Assembly: GCA_963662405.2 (NCBI GenBank)
Contig: CAXXKT010000001.1
Coordinates: forward strand, 1,536,001-1,600,000
Length of the DNA stretch: 64,000 bases
Direction of reading: 5' to 3'
From: Syntrophales bacterium
GTDB lineage: Bacteria; Desulfobacterota; Syntrophia; Syntrophales; UBA2210
Part shown: positions 59,240 to 64,000 of the stretch, piece after piece
Position numbering within the stretch: the stretch's first letter is position 1
How the letters are laid out: every line of letters starts with the position of its first letter
The notes under the pieces: generated by a model
What the model saw: only the letters and a program-made list of their open reading frames with translations
Databases searched by the model: none
What the model was told of the DNA's origin: nothing
Translations under genes and position numbers: made by a program

Positions 59240-60940
59240 ATGGTTCATCAGAAAAAAATCATCGTAATCGGTGGTTCGGCCGCAGGTCCCAAAGCGGCCG
59301 CCAAGGCACGAAGGTTGGATTACCATGCTGATATCGTCATCCTGCAAAAGGCGCCCGATCTCTCCATGGCCTCCTGCGGATATCCGTACTATGTCGGTGG
59401 GTATTTCGACGACCGGAATATGCTTCTGTGTACACCGACGGGTGTGACACGAGATCCCCTCTATTATCTCAACGCAAAGGGGATCGAGGCGCAGACGAAC
59501 ACCGAGGTAACGGCAATCGACCGGAAGGCCAGGATCGTCTCCTGTACGAACCTGTTGACGGGAGAGAAACAACAGCTCGCGTACGACAAGCTCGTTATCG
59601 CCACGGGTGCCGTCCCCAAGATGCCGCCGGTTCCGGGGACCGATCTCGACGGGGTTACCACGCTCCAGTCAATGAGGGATGCTGATTTTCTTCGAAAGGT
59701 TCGTGACGAGGGGAAGATCAAGAAGGCCGTCGTGATCGGAGGGGGTCTGATCGGGATCGAGACCTGCGAGGCCCTCCAACTGGCAGGGATAGAAATTACG
59801 GTGGTCGAACTTCTTCCCCAGCTCCTGACCTTTCTCGACTGGGAACTCGCCAAGCTGGTTGAGAACCACGTGAGGGCCAAATCGGCGAATGTCATCACCG
59901 ATAACGGTGTTGTTCAGTTTCTCGGACAGGATGGAAAACTGAGTGGCGTGAAACTTCAAAACGGCGCCGAACTGGCCTGTGAGCTGGCCGTCATCGCCAT
60001 CGGTGTGTCGCCCAATGTGCGTCTCGCGAAGGAGGCGGGGCTGAAGATCGGTGAGACGGGTGGGATCGAGGTCAATGAATATATGCAGACCTCGGACGAG
60101 GATATCTATGCCGTGGGAGATTGTGTCGAATCGTTCAATCGCATCACGGGGAAGAAGGTCCTGGCCCCCTATGGAGATGTCGCCAATCTGCAGGGGCGTA
60201 TTGCCGGTGAAAATGCGGCGGCCGGAAACAGTGTTGTCTTCCCGGGAGTCATCCAGACGGGGATCTGCAAGGTATTCGATTACGCCGCCGGCTCGACGGG
60301 TCTCTCCGAAACGGTAGCTAAAAGGCTGGGGTACGATGATATCATCACGGCAGTCAACGCGAGCCCCGATAAACCCGGTTTCATGGAGGGACAACTCCTG
60401 GTTACCAAGCTGGTTGCCGACCGGAAGACCGGCAAGGTCCTCGGGGCGCAGTGCATGGGCCCGGGAAATGTGAGTAAACAGATCGCCCAGTGGGCAATGG
60501 CCATCCAGGGAGGTCTCACGGTTGAGGATATCGTCAATTCCGACCTGCCCTACGCGCCGCCCTTCTCTCTCGCGATAGATCATTTCATCGCGACGGCCCA
60601 CATCATGCAGAATAAGATCAAGGGGAGAATGAAGGGCATATCGGTGACGGAGGTCAAGCAGAAACTGGAAAACCATGAAAAACCCTTCATGCTGGATACG
60701 CGCGGGCCGGACGAGTATGAAGAGATGCGCCTCGGTATCGGAGAGTCCATTATCCCTCTCGGCGCCCTGCGCAGACGCCTGAACGAACTCCCCGAAGATA
60801 AGGATCAGGAGATCATCTGTTTCTGCAAGATATCTCTCAGGGGGTACGAGGCGGCGCTCGTTCTCGAGGCGAACGGATGGAAGAACGTCAAGGTAATGGA
60901 AGGCGGTATCATGGCGTGGCCCTACGCGCGTGATAAATAA
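59240..60940 (+). CDS. CoA-disulfide/persulfide reductase with C-terminal rhodanese domain (Cdr/Npsr-like)
   Basis: GGSAAG, SMASCGYPY redox Cys, GGGLIGIE, YAVGD, YAPPFS; rhodanese CFCKISLRG..EGG..AW. Confidence 0.9.
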   Translation: MVHQKKIIVIGGSAAGPKAAAKARRLDYHADIVILQKAPDLSMASCGYPYYVGGYFDDRNMLLCTPTGVTRDPLYYLNAKGIEAQTNTEVTAIDRKARIVSCTNLLTGEKQQLAYDKLVIATGAVPKMPPVPGTDLDGVTTLQSMRDADFLRKVRDEGKIKKAVVIGGGLIGIETCEALQLAGIEITVVELLPQLLTFLDWELAKLVENHVRAKSANVITDNGVVQFLGQDGKLSGVKLQNGAELACELAVIAIGVSPNVRLAKEAGLKIGETGGIEVNEYMQTSDEDIYAVGDCVESFNRITGKKVLAPYGDVANLQGRIAGENAAAGNSVVFPGVIQTGICKVFDYAAGSTGLSETVAKRLGYDDIITAVNASPDKPGFMEGQLLVTKLVADRKTGKVLGAQCMGPGNVSKQIAQWAMAIQGGLTVEDIVNSDLPYAPPFSLAIDHFIATAHIMQNKIKGRMKGISVTEVKQKLENHEKPFMLDTRGPDEYEEMRLGIGESIIPLGALRRRLNELPEDKDQEIICFCKISLRGYEAALVLEANGWKNVKVMEGGIMAWPYARDK

Positions 60941-60957
60941 AAGGTGTCCTGAACTCG

Positions 60958-60987
60958 GCGGCCACCGTCACAGGGGTCGGTGGCCGC
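60958..60987. terminator. GC-rich hairpin after the reductase gene
   Basis: GCGGCCACCG-N10-CGGTGGCCGC, no U-tract. Confidence 0.45.
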
Positions 60988-61408
60988 ATCCGGTCGACGC
61001 GGCACGCATTAAAGCCGCAGTTCAACACATTCTTTCCGGGGGTGAGCGCTTCTCATTCGATAATCGAGAGGCGCTCATACCATAATTATTCCCAACCCTT
61101 AGCCGGTGCAATCGTTGCGACGTTCATTCCTTCCTCCGTGAGCCTGAAAGAGGCGTGCCCCCGTATTCCTAGTACATGTCTTTGACGAAGAGACAGGCGC
61201 ATCTCCCGGTGAGTCTCATACTGCTTCCTCCTTTCATTTCTTCTTGTTGGTGTTTGCATGGAGATTGCGATCCGCTCTTCTGAGAATGCCGGCACCGCCG
61301 GATGACGGAAGGGCCGAAGGATTGTTTGGACTTCACAGATGGTGACGACATCTGGTATGACGATCCCTGGAAAACGAGCGAATACGAAAAGAGGAAAGGA
61401 GAGTGTAT

Positions 61409-62173
61409 ATGGATGTGGTAAAAATCATGCCCTGCCTCGACATGAAAGACGGCAGGGTGGTGAAGGGGATTCACTTTGTTGAGCTGAAAGATGCCGGTGA
61501 TCCAGTCGAAAATGCAGCCTATTACCAGGCAGAGGGTGCCGATGAACTGGCCATGCTGGATATTGCCGCGACCGTCGAGAACCGGAAGACACGGCTTGAA
61601 TGGATTGGGAATGTTGCCGCGGTGATCGACATACCACTGACGGTGGGAGGGGGGATTGCCAGCCTGGATGACATCCAAATGGTTCTCGATGCCGGGGCCG
61701 ATAAGATATCCATGAACAGCGCGGCCGTCAAAGCCCCGGAACTGGTGAGACAGGCATCGGAACGGTTCGGGAAGGAGCGGGTGACCGTCGCCGTCGATGC
61801 CCGGAGAAGCAAAGAGATGCCCTCCGGTTTTGAACTGGTCGTGTCCGGTGGCACGAAACCGGTCGGGAAAGATGCGATTGCCTGGGCACAAGAATGCCAG
61901 AGCCTGGGTGCGGGGGTAATCCTCCCGACAAGCATGGACGGAGACGGGACCAGGGCGGGATATGACCTGGAATTCACCCGCGCGATTTCGGATGCGGTGG
62001 ATCTCCCCGTGATAGCATCAGGCGGGGCGGGTATCCTGGAGCACTTCTACGAGGGTGTGGCCAAAGGGGGGGCGCGGATCCTTCTCGCCGCGTCGGTCTT
62101 TCACTATCGAACCCTGCGGATCAGGGAGGTGAAGGAATATCTGAGGGGAAAAGGGCTCTCCGTTATCCTCTGA
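61409..62173 (+). CDS. hisF: Imidazole glycerol phosphate synthase cyclase subunit
   Basis: PCLD.KDGRVVKG, PLTVGGG, GADKIS.N, SMDGDGT, IASGGAG, LAASVFH. Confidence 0.92.
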   Translation: MDVVKIMPCLDMKDGRVVKGIHFVELKDAGDPVENAAYYQAEGADELAMLDIAATVENRKTRLEWIGNVAAVIDIPLTVGGGIASLDDIQMVLDAGADKISMNSAAVKAPELVRQASERFGKERVTVAVDARRSKEMPSGFELVVSGGTKPVGKDAIAWAQECQSLGAGVILPTSMDGDGTRAGYDLEFTRAISDAVDLPVIASGGAGILEHFYEGVAKGGARILLAASVFHYRTLRIREVKEYLRGKGLSVIL

Positions 62174-62187
62174 AATCGGTTCATCCT

Positions 62188-62216
62188 GATGGGGCAGGCC
62201 TTCAGCCTGCCCCATC
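62188..62216. terminator. 12-bp hairpin between the convergent hisF and SDR genes
   Basis: GATGGGGCAGGC-cttca-GCCTGCCCCATC. Confidence 0.7.
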
Positions 62217-62225
62217 TCTGTAAGA

Positions 62226-63035
62226 TTATGTCGTTACAAATTCTGGTGAGGCGACGGTACATCCGCCGTCCATCAGGATCGTCTCGCCCGTCGTGAAACT
62301 CGATGCATCCGATGCCAGGTAGATGGCCGCTCCCGCCATCTCGTCGGGTTCGCCGATCCTGCCCAGGGGGACATGCTTCGCCATCTCGGCCTTTTCCGCC
62401 TTGGCCTGTTCCTCGGGGAGGTGGAACCAGTGCGAGTCGAGCATCTTCGTGGTCACCGGACCCGGTGCGATGGCATTTACCCTGACATTGAACGGCGCCA
62501 GCTCGAGGGCCATCGATTTGGTCGCCATAATGACGGCTGCCTTCGAGATCGAGTAGATCCCCACGTATGGCTCCGGTTTGTAGCCGTCCATCGAGGCCGT
62601 ATTGATGATGGATCCGCCTCCCTGCTCCTTCATGACGCGCGCGACGGCCTGACTCATGAAGTAGAGCCCCTTCAGGTTGAGATTCATGATGGTATCCCAG
62701 AGGCGTTCTTCGTTATCCAGGATCGTTCCCATCGCCGGCGAAGCCCCCGCATTGTTGACCAGGATGTCGATTCTCTTGAATTCCGACATTATCGTGTCCA
62801 CCAGAGGTTTTATATTGTCCATCTTTCCGATGTGGGCCGCGATGGGCATGGCCTTTCTGCCCAGTTTCCGTATTTCCGCCGCGACCTCTTCAAGATCCGG
62901 CAGCTTTCTGCTGGTGACGACGACGTCGGCCCCCGCCTGTGCCATGCCGAGCGCAATCGCCCGTCCGATTCCTCTGCTCCCACCCGTGACGACGGCTACT
63001 TTTCCTTCAAGGGAAAAACGCGATAAATCTGTCAT
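62226..63035 (-). CDS. Short-chain dehydrogenase/reductase
   Basis: TGGSRGIG, NNAG, YSISK, VNAIAPG. Confidence 0.93.
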   Translation of the reverse strand: MTDLSRFSLEGKVAVVTGGSRGIGRAIALGMAQAGADVVVTSRKLPDLEEVAAEIRKLGRKAMPIAAHIGKMDNIKPLVDTIMSEFKRIDILVNNAGASPAMGTILDNEERLWDTIMNLNLKGLYFMSQAVARVMKEQGGGSIINTASMDGYKPEPYVGIYSISKAAVIMATKSMALELAPFNVRVNAIAPGPVTTKMLDSHWFHLPEEQAKAEKAEMAKHVPLGRIGEPDEMAGAAIYLASDASSFTTGETILMDGGCTVASPEFVTT

Positions 63036-63135
63036 AGTATAACCTCCATTTATGATGTGTGCTTAGGTCACATACCTCCCCGCGCCACGGAGAGGGGCGA
63101 TTCCGGTCGACGTCGGAAACGGCAGGGAGATGCCT

Positions 63136-64000
63136 CTACTTTGAAGATTCGATGTATTCCACGATCTTCTTTGCCAGCGTGTTTACCGTTTCCTCGAACT
63201 TGACCTCGTCTTTCTCCAGGAGCGTCAACCGGAATCCCGGAAGGGCGGTGAAGAATGATGTCAGCGGTACCACGCAGATCCCCGTGGCCCCGAGGAGGTA
63301 GTAAACGAAACGCTTGTCGTTTTCTATATTGGCGTTTGTTATCTCCTCGACGTATGTCTTGATAGGGGCATTCTTGATGCGCAACTTCTGTCGGTCGTTG
63401 AGGACGGCTTCATTGAATACGATCGTCATATAGAAGGCACCATTGGTTCGGTTCACCACGATATAGGGGACATCCTTGAGGATGTTGTACGCCATGTTGG
63501 AGAGTCTCTCGTAGTTCTTGATCCTGGTGTTCAGGTAGTTCTGATATTCGGGATGGTGCATGATCCGCGGTATGGACATCTGCGGCAGCGTCGTGGAACA
63601 GACTTCCGACATCTTCTGCGTCAGGATCGCCCCAATGTAACGCGAAAATATCTCGTCCTTATCGGCGTTATACACCTCGATCCACCCGCACCGCGAACCG
63701 GGCCAGGGGAATTCCTTCGATATCCCCTTCATGCTCATCCCGGGGACGTCACCGATGATGTCCGAGAGGGGGAGGGTCTTGTAGCCGTTGTACAGGATGT
63801 TTCGGTACGTCTCGTCGAAGATAAGGAAGAGGTCGTATTTCCGGGCGATCTCCACGATTCTCTGGAGACTCTCCTCGGGATAGACAAACCCGGTCGGGTT
63901 GTCGGGATTGATGACCAGGACCCCGACGATACTGTCGTGACTCTTCACTTTCCGTTCCAGTTCAGCGAGGTCCGGGTGCCAATTGTGATACGGGTTCATC
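63136..64000 (-). CDS. Class I/II PLP-dependent aminotransferase (AlaA-like), 5' end outside the window
   Basis: NPDNPTG, FDETY, GISKEFPWPGSRCGW, GAFY. Confidence 0.88.
   Translation of the reverse strand, partial: MNPYHNWHPDLAELERKVKSHDSIVGVLVINPDNPTGFVYPEESLQRIVEIARKYDLFLIFDETYRNILYNGYKTLPLSDIIGDVPGMSMKGISKEFPWPGSRCGWIEVYNADKDEIFSRYIGAILTQKMSEVCSTTLPQMSIPRIMHHPEYQNYLNTRIKNYERLSNMAYNILKDVPYIVVNRTNGAFYMTIVFNEAVLNDRQKLRIKNAPIKTYVEEITNANIENDKRFVYYLLGATGICVVPLTSFFTALPGFRLTLLEKDEVKFEETVNTLAKKIVEYIESSK

Noticed and set aside
61200..61420. Cys-containing reading frame with an internal TGA upstream of hisF
   Set aside because: No clear RBS, family motif or convincing SECIS; not called as a selenoprotein

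Overview
Gene-dense, moderately GC-rich chromosomal window from an anaerobic bacterium. The gene repertoire suggests Desulfobacterota/'Deltaproteobacteria', possibly Syntrophales-like (inference). In order it carries: a type IV pilus pilMN-O-P-Q operon; a sigma54-type acyl-CoA operon (inactive HMG-CoA-synthase-like/DUF35 fusion, thiolase, hbd, acyl-CoA dehydrogenase); a PilZ/HD-GYP signalling pair; a nine-CxxCH HAO-family cytochrome fused to membrane and cytochrome b5 domains; LemA/TPM genes; rpsT, lptE, leuS; gmhA-grpE-dnaK; a redox/Fe-S cluster; a class III cyclase; a PAS-GGDEF-EAL gene; split methionine synthase, tkt, xth; a K+/H+ antiporter; MarR-proVWX; a CoA-disulfide reductase-rhodanese; hisF; an SDR; and a partial aminotransferase. 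No rRNA, tRNA, CRISPR array or mobile element was seen. Top observations: (1) a tusA-dsrE2-iscS*-iscU/DUF59 operon whose IscS lacks the PLP lysine and other PLP-pocket residues but keeps the persulfide Cys, suggesting cysteine-independent, sulfur-relay-fed Fe-S assembly; (2) two probable selenoproteins hidden from the ORF track by in-frame UGA, each with a SECIS-like hairpin - an exported MsrA (G-U-V-W-G) and a 51-aa single-TM protein (T-U-x4-C) with its own promoter and RBS; (3) three apparent +1 homopolymer frameshifts (dnaK, GGDEF, TPR) that probably reflect assembly error.
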